A stretch of 64,000 nt of DNA from Octopus sinensis (lineage: Eukaryota): contig NW_021833436.1 of the NCBI RefSeq assembly GCF_006345805.1, forward strand, positions 11,132 to 75,131. Reading direction: 5' to 3'. The notes beneath the pieces were generated by a model. That model was not told the DNA's origin. It did no database searches and saw nothing but the letters and a program-made list of their open reading frames with translations. Below are positions 50,847-63,227 of the stretch, piece by piece (position 1 is the first letter of the stretch; the number at the start of each line of letters is the position of its first letter). Made by a program: the position numbers and the translations under genes.

Positions 50847-51678
50847 TTATATATATCCATGTTTGGGTACGTATGTTTGTATACATATTCACACACATAC
50901 ATATTTTTGTTTCCTACTAATCTACCACATATGTCTATTTATAGCAATTTCGACTCCCTTATATTCTTCATTCCACCTCAATTTTTACTACCAGAACCAA
51001 TACCCACTTACATATCACCCCACCCTTACCTTCTCTCTACCTTTTCTGTACCCATCCCTTAATACAGCTCTATCACACCACCCCTACTCACATATCTTAC
51101 GCTCTTTTACTCCTTACCCTCTCATATCTACCTCTCTCCCCCTCTCGTCTCCCTTCCTCCTATCACTTTATTCTGACCTCTAGCTAACACTCCCCTTCAC
51201 CTCTCCCTTCCTCCTATCACTTTATTATGGCCACTAGCTAACACACCCTCTCTCATTTCGTCCCATCTCTCTTCATTTCTTTTTGTCTCCCCTTCCCATT
51301 TTGCTTCTCCTCTTTTCCCTCCCATTCTCTCTTCCAGTCTTTCATTTGACCTGCTTCCTCTCTCTAATCATATACATCTCTCCTCCGTCTATATATCCAT
51401 TAACACTACACTTTAAAAAAAACTCGATCGACCAACACTGTTTACAAGGCTCTATGCTTGGAATGACCAAATATAACTACCATTGGAACTCACACACCAG
51501 GTCAAGAACATTTCTTACCCAAAACATTTTTTCAGCACTTATATACACCATTCTACTTGAATAATGTAACTGCAAATACAAAATCCTTATGTATCTCACT
51601 TCTATATTCATTCTCTTACTTCCCTCTGTATTTCGTATCTTCTCTACAATAATTAATATTCAAACATTTTCTCGCACC

Positions 51679-51726
51679 GTCTCTGCTGAAAGGATATATA
51701 AAATATTCCGGAAACAGCTGTAAGAC
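51679..51726 (+). ncRNA. Degenerate minimal hammerhead motif
   Basis: gtct CTGcTGA aaggatatataaaatattccg GAAAC agct GTA agac; one core substitution (A6 to C). Confidence 0.55.
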
Positions 51727-51791
51727 CTTTTCTTAATAAATGCTATGAAATCTAATTATTGCCTTGGAATTTTTATCACATTCTGCCAATT

Positions 51792-51860
<69 letters not shown>

Positions 51861-51867
51861 ATATATG

Positions 51868-51900
<33 letters not shown>

Positions 51901-51907
51901 ACATATT

Positions 51908-51941
<34 letters not shown>

Positions 51942-52336
51942 CGTGTGCGTATGTGTATATATATATATATTGTTGTATTTAGGAATGGTCATTTTGCCAG
52001 TTTAGTCAATAAAAACACACGTACTATATATTTGGTGTTACTTTGCTCCAGCGTTATTTATTTTTACATTAATCTTAATCTTATCTTGGCCAGAGATCTT
52101 CCGTCACACTTCTGTGACCTCATCAGTGGTCCTTTGCAAAATGACCATTTCTAAATACAACAATATCTGTTTCAACACATGATTTCATATCAAAAATATT
52201 GCAAAACAATTATATAAATGTATATATATATATATATATAAATTTATATATGAGGATAATATCGATATTTAAGTGTCGAAATTATCAAGTGGCCAGCATG
52301 AAAGAAATACCTTACAAAGGTAAAAAAATTTTTAAC

Positions 52337-53011
52337 AATTAAAAATGAGGGTGTCTAAAAGACACCAACATGCCGAAATAGCAGTCGAAATTCTGACTAT
52401 AAAACCACGTTAAATGTTCATATCGCACCATGAGGTAAAGCGGAGGGACAAAACATACAAGCAAAAATTATTGAATAATTCCAGATCCAAGGATTTCTGG
52501 TTCTGCTTTAAATAAGCTTTACCGTCATCAATTGAATATATCAAGGGTACATAAATACAGATATATATATGCACAGCAAACGATATACTTACATATACGA
52601 GCGACGCACATACATACATATGCACGTATGGACACAGGTCGAAGTTATTATATTCACTGCGGTGCTTATTTTAACCATATCGTTATTATGCGGTGATTTG
52701 GCGGGCAATTCAAACTGGCTGTGTCCATACGTGCATATGTATGTATGTGCGTCGCTCGTATATGTAAGTATATCGTTTGCTGTGCATATATATATCTGTA
52801 TTTATGTACCCTTGATATATTCAATTGCTGACAGTAAAGCTTATTTAAAGCAGAATTAGAAATCCTTGGATCTTGAATTATTCAATAATTTTTGCTTGTA
52901 TGTTTTGTCCCTCCGCTTTACCTCATGGTGCGATATGAACATTTAACGTGGTTTTATAGTCAGAATTTCGACTGCTATTTCGGCATGTTGGTGTCTTTTA
53001 GACACCATCAT

Positions 53012-53019
<8 letters not shown>
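52337..53019. repeat. Near-perfect palindrome: ~301 bp arms (52337-52637, 52719-53019), 81 bp spacer
   Basis: The arms are reverse complements with only a handful of mismatches. Confidence 0.95.
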
Positions 53020-53051
<32 letters not shown>

Positions 53052-53201
53052 CAAAAAGCAATAAAGATTCAAGTTAATTTAAATGAATTTACTTGAATAT
53101 GGTACCTAACTTAGATGCACCAAAAAAAAACTATACTGTTTTAACAATACAGTAATGTGGGGTGATTATAAGCGAGAAAGAAGCAACAAGAATGGATAGG
53201 T

Positions 53202-53292
53202 TTTTAGTACAATCGTTTCATACAAGGACAGGCTTTATTAAAAGTTGCAAAAATTACAGCATATAAACGTGTCCCGTACTCATCAGCTAAAA
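53202..53292 (-). ncRNA. Type I minimal hammerhead ribozyme in the 3' pseudo-LTR
   Basis: Minus strand: ttttag CTGATGA gtacgggaca...tgtccttgtat GAAAC gatt GTA ctaaaa; core intact, stems I and II pair. Confidence 0.85.
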
Positions 53293-54741
53293 TACATGTG
53301 AGTTCTCTAGACATCCTAGTGGTTGAGGCTATACTCATGAAGTGATGTAGATAATTAAGTAACATAAACAGATTTCCAAAGTTCATTAAAGTTCTTTAAA
53401 GATGATGTACAGTCTTATCACAGAATTTTAAAAAAGTTTTAATAGCATCACAGAGAAGGTGACCTAATCCATAGTGCACATATGAATTTCCAGAGATATG
53501 AGGAGGGATTACATACTCACAGACGACAAATTTATCCATTGTTAATCACAACGAGGTGGGTCTCAATTCCTGCTTATTAGCATTACAGAGAGGGTGAATT
53601 AATCCTTTGTATAGATGCACAATTTCCAATGGTGTAGATGTAAATTTCCAGAGAAATGAAGAGGAATTTCATATTCACAGGCGATAAATTTATCAATAGT
53701 TGAACACAATGAGGTAGGTATCAATTCTTGTTATATGATTAGGTATTTGCCACATTAATCACATTACTGCTATTTACAAGAGGCTGTAGCTATTTAACTT
53801 TTAAAGGCTGAAGGGCTTTCTAGAGAGGCAAAGAACAGAAAAAGGGGAAGGGAAGAGAAGAAAATAGAGAAAATAAAGGAGGAGGGAGCAAAAAGGGGGG
53901 AGGGGGACTAAAAGAGAAGAGAAAAGGAAAAAGAGAATAAGAAGAAGAAAAAGAAAAAAGAGAAAAGAGAAAGAAATAGGGAAAGAAGGGAAAAAAAGAA
54001 AAAGAAAAAAAGAGGGTTCTAGTTATACAGAAGAATTAGTAGACGGCAAGTCTGGTTTTAATTTACAGGCATCTAGGAACTAGAGGAGAATATTATTCTT
54101 TGACCAGTAAAACAGCTAATTTATTGCTGTTGAAATCAGCTATGAATTTAAAGAGACTCTAAAGAGGTAACACGGTCAGGGGTTTAGGGGTCAGAGGCTA
54201 AAATCAAAAGAAAATACATTAGGAAAATCTAAGTATAATCTTATCAAAAAGTCATTAAAATTTATTTATTTAATTTATTCATTTTATTGTCTTAAGGAGT
54301 TGCCGTTATTATTCATACATTGACGGACTACAGGTCAAATCTTAGAAGATCATTTACAAGGTGTTAGGGAATTGTCTATCATAATGAAGATAATCCTATT
54401 ATCACCGAGGGAGTAGCCTTATTTATTTAATTTTGAAATAGAATTATGGGGCTTTAGTAACTCATTTTATTTTATTAAAGTTATGCTACTTAAATTAGAT
54501 TAAGTTAAGAATTAAAATTAAAAATTACAATTAAGATTTAAAATTATGAGTTTGAAATTAAATAAAGCCTCAATTAAGCAGTGTATAAGTACTATTCATT
54601 TCCCTGTTCTCAAAAAACTGATGCAGATATAAGGAAAAAGATAACTGTAGTGTGAGAACTCTTAGTTATCTACTTAAAGCAGTGCTATACTAGTAAAAAT
54701 CAAGTTATATCTATCTATCTATCTAGTTACGAATATTCTAA

Positions 54742-57612
54742 TCATTTTAAATATTTTAAAGTCTTCAATTTAGCGTGGACACAAACTTGACCTCGTTCAA
54801 TATGGTTATTCAATAAGTTTCTATGTTTTCTATGCTTTAGAATTTCATACGTCTCCATGGAGCATAGTTGGCAACCAACCCTACTATTTCTATACGGGAT
54901 TGCTCTCCTAACTATTTCCCAATTAAGGTTATAATTATTATTATTATTTTTGAGTTCCCAGATTTTGTTTGAAAGTGTGGTGGTACCAGCTTTATGACGT
55001 AATTTAAAAGACGAGATGTGATTTCTAACTCTGGCTAGAAAATTAATTGTACATCCAATGTAAAAATATTTGTTATTCTCCGTGGATATGGTACATTTAT
55101 AGATTACATTATTTTCCCCGCATAGACCAGGTGCCGGGCATTTTGATTTTATTCTACACCTACACACAGGAGGAACAACTTCAGGTTTTGGATTATTCTT
55201 GGGTAGATGTCTTAGGTTCCTATTATTTTGATTATCATGAGTATAATTGTCCTTATTGTTATTAATATTTCTATAGTTGGTGCTGATCTCTAAAGTATTG
55301 CTATTATTTATTGATCCTTCTGTTTCATCATTTAGGTCTAAAGTCCTACCATGATTTCTTATATTATTGGTAATGTTACTATTATTGTTAGTCTTTTTAT
55401 CCGACTGCATATTGTTGTTATAGATATCACTGATATTTTCCTTCTCCTTATTTTCTCCATTAGCCTTATTTCTATTATTTCTATTATTAACATTATTACT
55501 TCTATTAATATCGGCATTGTTATTATTACTATTAATGTTAATGTTATTAGTCATTCTGTGGTTACTAATTTCACCTATGTTTTGATAGTTACTGTTGCTG
55601 TTTTTATTGTTGGTAGTATTATTATAATTGCTATTGGTATTCATGCTGATATTATTATTTTTATTTCTATCTTTCCTGGCTAGTTTAATGTTGTTATTAT
55701 TAATCTTAGCTATTAAAGTGGACATATTTGGGAGGGTTGAATAAGAAATCCTAACTGTTTTCCTAGAAATAATTCTATGATATCTATGAGAGATAGGGAA
55801 ATTTTTTTCCAGAATTACTTTGAATTTGTTCTGTATATCCGATTGTATCGCACAGTTGAAAGGAATATTCAGCCATAATATATCTTTTTTATTAAATTTA
55901 GGGTTCGTAGAATTATTACTATTCATCTCACCGGAGTTATTGTATTTATTACCATTATTTTTATTTTTATTTGTGTGCATCTTAGGTTTATCTACTTCGA
56001 TATTATCCGAGTTACTATGTTCTGGTCAATGCTTCTATTTGAATTGTTGGGCCTGTACGTAGATTAGCGTTTACCGTTAATTTAATTCTACTTTTATTTC
56101 GGGCTTGGTCTGTATTGCTGCTTACGTGATTACTGATAACTTCTTTATTAGGAATACGTGAGTTCTCCTTATCAACGAATGTAATCTTTTGGTTGTATCC
56201 AACCTTAGTTAACGCCGCATTATAATGCTCAGAATGGGAGTTAAATATATCCTTATTGGATGATAATTTTGAAATTCTTAATGAAATATTTCTTACTAAA
56301 GATTCAATTATATTTGGGGGATGATTTGATAATTTATTTACGTAATTCGTGATTTCGCCTTCCTTTCTAAATGGGTAATGCAGCTTGGAGTTAAGGTCTA
56401 GCGTAATATCTAGGAAGTTAACTATTTTAGTGCCCGGTTCATACGTTATACTGAGGTTGAAATCCTTAAAGAACTTATTAATTTTCTTTCTAATCCTTTC
56501 TATAACAGATTTATTATTACTAGGGATAACAAACAGAGCATCATCCCCATATAGCCCCCCCCTGTATTTCTGGGATATCCTTGCTTATGCATTTTAATAG
56601 ATATGCGCCTACTAGGTTGGTTACCTCAGCCGAATCACTGGAACCCATTGGTATATCAAAATAATTAGGTGTATCTGCTCTAGTCCATAATTTATCTTCA
56701 AATTCTATAAATGTCTTCCTAGCTAGTAGCACAATATTGATTTCTTCTCTAGATATGAGGGAGCGATTCATGGCAAATATTAGTGATTTGTTGAGTAAGA
56801 TAGGGGAAATACTAGAGTAATAACTATTAATATCGAACTGAATAAAGGACAGACTACTAGTATTAGTTAGAGAGTTAAACCATTTTAGAACTTCTCCGTA
56901 CTTAGCCATAGGTTTAAGGGGAGAAGAGGGGTTATTTGGGGTAGAACAGTATCCAGGATAGATGTACTAAGTCGGCCAATGTCCGACTTAGTTGGACAGA
57001 TCAGCCTTACCGAAGGGTTTTCCAGGAAATTCTTTTTGTGGTCTTTAAGGTTGATCCTGGGCTCACACGGTTTAAGTGGCTCTGTTCTATCCGTTAATTT
57101 AGTTTCTCCATGATCTCTTTCATTTCCAGGTTTACTTTTTTCAAATTGTTCTTAGTCGTAATTTTATATTTGGAGTTTAGTTCCTTCCTAATTAATTTGC
57201 TATAAATATCGTAATCAACTCTATACATATTACTCGTTTTATCTGCTGGTACTAGGATTCCATGTTTGCACCGGGTTGACTGAATAAAGTTCCTAAGGTG
57301 TCTAAGGTGAGGGTTATATCTTAACGGGTGTTCCTTGAAGCTATATCATCTATAAGATTCAGCAAGTCTTTCTCAAAGTTCTCCAGGAATGGGTTCTGAG
57401 GTGGACTTTTTCTACTTTTAAAAATTCTTCTAAAATTCTTTTCGGTATTCTTTTCCTGTGGTTTCTTCTTCTGTTTGACATCAAAATGGTACGTTTTCCA
57501 CCTGATTCTTCTAATGAAATCGTTAATCCTATGAATGAGAAGCCAATTATATTCATCTATACTATGTAAGGGGATGTCTTTAGGGGAGAACTCAATGTTT
57601 ACTTTTTCCATT
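54742..57612 (-). pseudogene. Penelope RT-GIY-YIG polyprotein, broken by several frameshifts
   Basis: ORFs 57321-57686, 56541-56909 and 54742-55980; one frameshift falls in a G-run just before the YGDD motif. Confidence 0.88.
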
Positions 57613-57815
57613 CTTGTTGAGAAATTAAGTACCATAAAAACATACAGACTGTATGGGAATATATTCAAAAAGCAATAAAGATTCAAGTTAATTTAAATGA
57701 ATTTACTTGAATATGGTACCTAACTTAGATGCACCAAAAAAAAACTATACTGTTTTAACAATACAGTAATGTGGGGTGATTATAAGCGAGAAAGAAGCAA
57801 CAAGAATGGATAGGT

Positions 57816-57906
57816 TTTTAGTACAATCGTTTCATACAAGGACAGGCTTTATTAAAAGTTGCAAAAATTACAGCATATAAACGTGTCCCGTACTCATCAG
57901 CTAAAA
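57816..57906 (-). ncRNA. Type I minimal hammerhead ribozyme in the 5' pseudo-LTR
   Basis: Identical copy of 53202-53292, about 200 nt upstream of the likely ORF start. Confidence 0.85.
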
Positions 57907-59129
57907 TACATGTGAGTTCTCTAGACATCCTAGTGGTTGAGGCTATACTCATGAAGTGATGTAGATAATTAAGTAACATAAACAGATTTCCAAAGTTCAT
58001 TAAAGTTCTTTAAAGATGATGTACAGTCTTATCACAGAATTTTAAAAAAGTTTTAATAGCATCACAGAGAAGGTGACCTAATCCATAGTGCACATATGAA
58101 TTTCCAGAGATATGAGGAGGGATTACATACTCACAGACGACAAATTTATCCATTGTTAATCACAACGAGGTGGGTCTCAATTCCTGCTTATTAGCATTAC
58201 AGAGAGGGTGAATTAATCCTTTGTATAGATGCACAATTTCCAATGGTGTAGATGTAAATTTCCAGAGAAATGAAGAGGAATTTCATATTCACAGGCGATA
58301 AATTTATCAATAGTTGAACACAATGAGGTAGGTATCAATTCTTGTTATATGATTAGGTATTTGCCACATTAATCACATTACTGCTATTTACAAGAGGCTG
58401 TAGCTATTTAACTTTTAAAGGCTGAAGGGCTTTCTAGAGAGGCAAAGAACAGAAAAAGGGGAAGGGAAGAGAAGAAAATAGAGAAAATAAAGGAGGAGGG
58501 AGCAAAGGGGGGGGGGAGGGGGACTAAAAGAGAAGAGAAAAGGAAAAAAAGAGAATAAGAAGAAGAAAAAGAAAAAGAGAAAGAGAAAGAAATAGGGAAA
58601 GAAGGGAAAAAAAGAAAAAGAAAAAAAGAGGGTTCTAGTTATACAGAAGAATTAGTAGACGGCAAGTCTGGTTTTAATTTACAGGCATCTAGGAACTAGA
58701 GGAGAATATTATACTTTGACCAGTAAAACAGCTAATTTATTGCTGTTGAAATCAGCTATGAATTTAAAGAGACTCTAAAGAGGTAACACGGTCAGGGTTT
58801 AGGGGTCAGAGGCTAAAATCAAAAGAAAATACATTAGGAAAATCTAAGTATAATCTTATCAAAAAGTCATTAAAATTTATTTATTTAATTTATTCATTTT
58901 ATTGTCTTAAGGAGTTGCCGTTATTATTCATACATTGACGGACTATATATATATATAATAGAAATATTAAAATTACTAAGTCTCTATAAAAGAGATTACG
59001 GCAGCGTTTATTGGAAATTAATTGTTATCGCCATATTAATATGGCATTCTTATAGATATAAGAATAATCGCTGCCATGGTCAGCTCCATGAGGCCACCGC
59101 CATCAAGATAGCTATTGATACACGATAAA

Positions 59130-60141
59130 GTTTGGCATCCTCTTGGCTTTTGAAGCACTTCTCATGCAGGAAGTTGTCGAGATGCTTGAAAATGTGGTAG
59201 TCGGTAGGCGAGAGGTATGGTGAGTAGCCCAATTCGTTCAACGTCTGGAGGGTCAGTTGCGCGACGTTTGCCGAGCGTTGTCGTGGAGAAGAATTGGTCC
59301 TTTTCTATTGACCAATGCTGGCTGTTGTTGTCGAAGTTTCTTATGCATTTCATTCATTTGCTGACTACTTCTCCGCCGTAATGGTTTCGCCTGGATCCAA
59401 AATGCTGTGATGGATGAAACCGGCCGCAGACCTCCAAACAATCACCATGACTTTTTTTTTGTGCAACTTTGGCTTCGAGAAGTGTCGTCGAACTTAGTCG
59501 GCGTCCAACCACTGAGCTGAGCGTCGCCGGTTGTCGTAAAGAATCCACTTTTCATCGCAAGTCACAATACGGTCGAGAAGCGGGTCGTTCTTCATGTGTA
59601 AAAGAAGGGAAGATGACACTTCAAAACGGCGTTTTTTAAATTTTGTCATTCAATTCGTGCGGCACCCATTTTTCAAGTATTGTTTGTATTTCCAATCTCT
59701 TTCAAGTTTTTGGAAATTGTCGTGTACGTTACGTCTAATTCAGAAGCAAGCTCTCAAACAGTTGTGCGTGGATTGGCTTCGACTAAGGCTCTTAGTTGAT
59801 CGTTGTCAACATCCGATGGCCGACCACTACGCTGTTCGTTCGTTAGTGTTTCCTGGGCCAAACGTATCGTTGATATCGCGAACTGTTTCAGCAGCTTTTC
59901 GGCTTAGCTTGAACTGGAATAATAAAATTGTGCGAATTTGCTTTTTGTCCATGTTCTAATCAACGTTCCGGCAAAAATGGCCTAATTATTCAAAAAGAAA
60001 AAGAGCAACACGATTAGATAGAGCGATAAACGGGCTTTTAAATGATATATAAAGTCAAAGTAATTTAACGAACATTAATTTGAAAATACATAATTTAAAA
60101 CCCAAATTTAAAATTCCGCAAGAACTTTCTTGACAACTTAA
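59130..60141 (-). mobile_element. Mariner (Hsmar/Mos1-like), 3'-truncated and degenerate
   Basis: MDKKQIRTILLFQFKLSRKAAETVRDIN; PALVNRKGPILLHDNAR; TIR ttaagttgtcaagaaagttcttgcgga preceded by TA. Confidence 0.88.
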
Positions 60142-61154
60142 TATAATCTCTTCTGACGGTAATGTAAAAGAAGGCTGCTAGCAACCCCCTCTTAGGACCT
60201 TTATTTGTGACTTGACTGGAACAACAACACCAGTGATGCATAATTTGAGAACTTTATGATTTGGATTTGTATATGTTCCAAACCTCTCAAGATCAGATAT
60301 GTGAAAAAAGGCTCAGTTAGAATTATGTTCGCTCAGTGGATGGCATATATATACCATCCATCATTTTGGAACCAGTGAATAGCTCCGGAAAATTATTTTA
60401 CAGAGGCCTGAAGGACACAGCAACCATCTATGTAACTATTTGGAAGTTTGGCTGTCCACAATCATGACTTGGAAAGTTAAAGGGCTGGTTTTAACGACAT
60501 AGCGTCTTCCAGCGGATGTTTGGTGGCTCTCGGTATAATAAAATCCCAATATCTATGGCAGAGCGCTTTGAGAAGAAATTATTGCACTCCTTCAAAAAAG
60601 GCTGCGACTTCCACGGTACATGAGCTAGTCGCCCTGTATGGAATGAATAACAAGTTGAAGCTACCCATTACTAAAGTAAGAGAAGAATTTGTCCTGACTT
60701 GTACAATATTATGATTCCCAACAGAGACGCAAATCTTTAAACTTAAGAGATTTTATGTAGTTAATCGTGTTCATCTTACAACTTGCCTGGCACTTTATTT
60801 TACCAGCCACAAACGATGAAATATAAAGTCGAACACCGCCCGATTTAAACTCATTACATCGAGAGCTGTAACTAAATATCAGAAGGGCATTCTGTCCGTC
60901 ACTCACGTTTTTTGTTTTTGTGGGGGTGGGGATGCTCCTTTTTAACAATGAATGAAATATAGGACTGTTTCTGATTAAATGAATAAATGATTTAATATAT
61001 AAACAAAAATTAAATGAAATTTTTATGTCATGTAAAGATGAATTGGTCAAGTGAATTAAGGAGCAGACTGTTATTTAGGCCAGATCACACTCCAGACATT
61101 CCACTATGTCCTGGACGAAAATACTCCGACTCTTGCATTGAGTTACATTGCCGT

Positions 61155-61310
61155 TACGTTCTGGGTTCAAATTCCGCCGAGGTCGACTTTGCCTTTCATC
61201 CTTTCGGGGTCGATAAATTAAGTACCAGTTACGCATTGGGGTCGATGATGTAATCGACTTAATCCGTTTGTCCCCTCTGTGTTTAGCTCCTTGTGGGTAG
61301 TAAAGAAATA
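61155..61310 (+). mobile_element. tRNA-derived SINE (Octopus-type)
   Basis: B-box-like ggttcaaattcc followed by gccgaggtcgactttgcctttcatcctttcggggtcgataaattaagtaccag; related copies at 26850-27185. Confidence 0.75.
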
Positions 61311-61453
61311 TATTGTTTAAGCGCACGTCACACAGAATTATGCTCAAAGACTATTCCACTGTTTTAGGATGGTAGGGTAATACTAGAGTGAAATTTGACT
61401 GCTTCTTGGAGTAGATCTTGAAACGAGCTAATGGCTTTTTCAGTTATGGTCAC

Positions 61454-61679
61454 CTAAGCAACGCAGTACGAGTAACATATCAATACTTTCAACTTGCAAA
61501 GCACGTTAAACTACAGATGGTAGAAGGGAAATAATTCCTGGTGAATGTGTATTAGCGCGTACTAAATCCGGAATTCTCTCCCTTGCACCATCTATACTTT
61601 ATCGTGCTTAAGATATTGGTTTGCAAGTTGAAAGCATTGATATGTTGCTTATCCCATATATTCGCACTGCGTTGCTTAG
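61454..61679. repeat. Small fold-back element (MITE-like)
   Basis: ctaagcaacgcagt / actgcgttgcttag; aacatatcaatactttcaacttgcaaa / tttgcaagttgaaagcattgatatgtt; agatggt / accatct. Confidence 0.8.
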
Positions 61680-62269
61680 ATGAACAAGGTACATAACTCT
61701 CATTTTATAACTAATTAATTTTTTACTTGTAATTTTGAACAAGGCGAGAAGATTTCCCTGATATTTCGTTTTCACTCTGGAAACAAATTAAAAATACTAG
61801 GTATTTTTACGAGTTTTACGACAGACTTAACCTCCAGGCTGTACGAAGAATGTCGTTACCTCTGTTTTATCTATTCACCATATCTAAAGTAGAGCCATAG
61901 AAAGAGATTATATCAGGTAGTTTGACCTGCTAGAAGTAGCAGTGAAATGTCTCTCAAATCCTATGGTATGGAATTCTAAAATAAAAATTAGAATGATAAT
62001 ATTTTCCGACAGCGCAGTCTGAAATTAACTATCTCTGAAAAGACAAGATGGGCATGGCTATACAACTTGATAGTCAATTGTTCTTTAATTGTTTTCAACC
62101 TTATCTATATTGTGTACCACTGTCCGAAATGAGCCAGGACTCAGAAAAGATGGTAATTTTTGATTGAGCAAGATTTGAACTGTAGGCAGTTCACATCTAA
62201 CATATAAACATTTATTGTTTACTCTTTGGTAGCAGAACTTGATCCTTCATAAAGTACCATCAACTGACA

Positions 62270-62630
62270 CATCCGTAAGCTCGGCTTTTTGAACAGACGA
62301 TGTGGAAAAGTTCCTCATGAACTGACCAATGATCAGACACAAATGGGTGTGGACATTTGCAAAACACTGCTGGGAAATCTTCGGGAATCTAGTTTTTTAA
62401 CATCGAATTATAACTGGGGATGAAAAGTGGATCTATTTTCGTAACCATAAGAAGAGAAATCAGCAGTTTCGTTTCGAACAAGCTTCAGAACTTGTTGTCA
62501 AACAAGGGCGGCTTGAACGGAAGGTAATGTGTATTTGAGGAAAATTCGAAGAGGTGCTTCGGTTTGAGCTTGTTCCGAATGGCCAAGCTGTGAACGCTAA
62601 AATTTATGCTCAACAACTGCAGTGAATAAT
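62270..62630 (+). mobile_element. Mariner transposase internal fragment
   Basis: HRIITGDEKWIYFRNH..RKVM..FELVPNGQAVNAKIYAQQL. Confidence 0.8.
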
Positions 62631-63102
62631 GAAACCTTAACTTCTTTATTATATTTCATTAAGGTAGTTTCAAAGCTCTCAATATACTTTATCTGAGGAA
62701 GGCGCTTTCGAGTTTTAAAGCCGAACATGTCTGCGGGTGTATGGGGCGGACGAAACCCTTTCAGGTATATGCTTGTTGGCGGTTACGATGTTGAGCGTTA
62801 AATAGAGTTTTCTTGGTGGTATTGGAGGTCTTCAACTTATGATTAAGCATGCGGAGTCAAAACAGCAGTCTTTAATGAAAAAACGATTAAACGAACCTTA
62901 AGATCTGCACTTAATTCCATCTCCCATCTCGATTATTTATCTCTCCCAACGCGTCAGCCACATATATATATATATACTTTATCTAAAAGCAGCAGAAATT
63001 CAACAAAACCTGTTATTCTGAGTTTCACGTTCCCGTTCTTCGGACAGTTTTTATATATATTTATCCACCTAGTGGTTTCCCTAAATACGCACACGCACAC
63101 AC

Positions 63103-63226
<124 letters not shown>

Positions 63227-63227
63227 T

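Larger units (their letters stand above)
53049..58945 (-). mobile_element. Near-full-length Penelope-like retroelement with direct pseudo-LTRs, inserted in (TA)n
   Basis: Direct repeats 53049-54330 / 57663-58945. ORF pieces: FSPKDIP..FIRRIRWK; VPADKTSNMY; FIQFDINSYYSSI; IPMGSSDSAEV; GLYGDD; LWLNIPFN..RISYST; GIY-YIG NVIYKC..YIGCT..CQLC..CVH. Confidence 0.93.

Noticed and set aside
53204-53386. Duplicated 60 aa ORF (also 57818-58000)
   Set aside because: Chance ORF in the pseudo-LTR overlapping the hammerhead; its identity reflects the repeat.
61155-61230. tRNA-like B box
   Set aside because: Part of a SINE head; no cloverleaf.
62690-62735. CTGAGGA aggc...gcc GAAC atGTC hammerhead-like string
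   Set aside because: The GAAA box is incomplete and no stem I pairing could be found.
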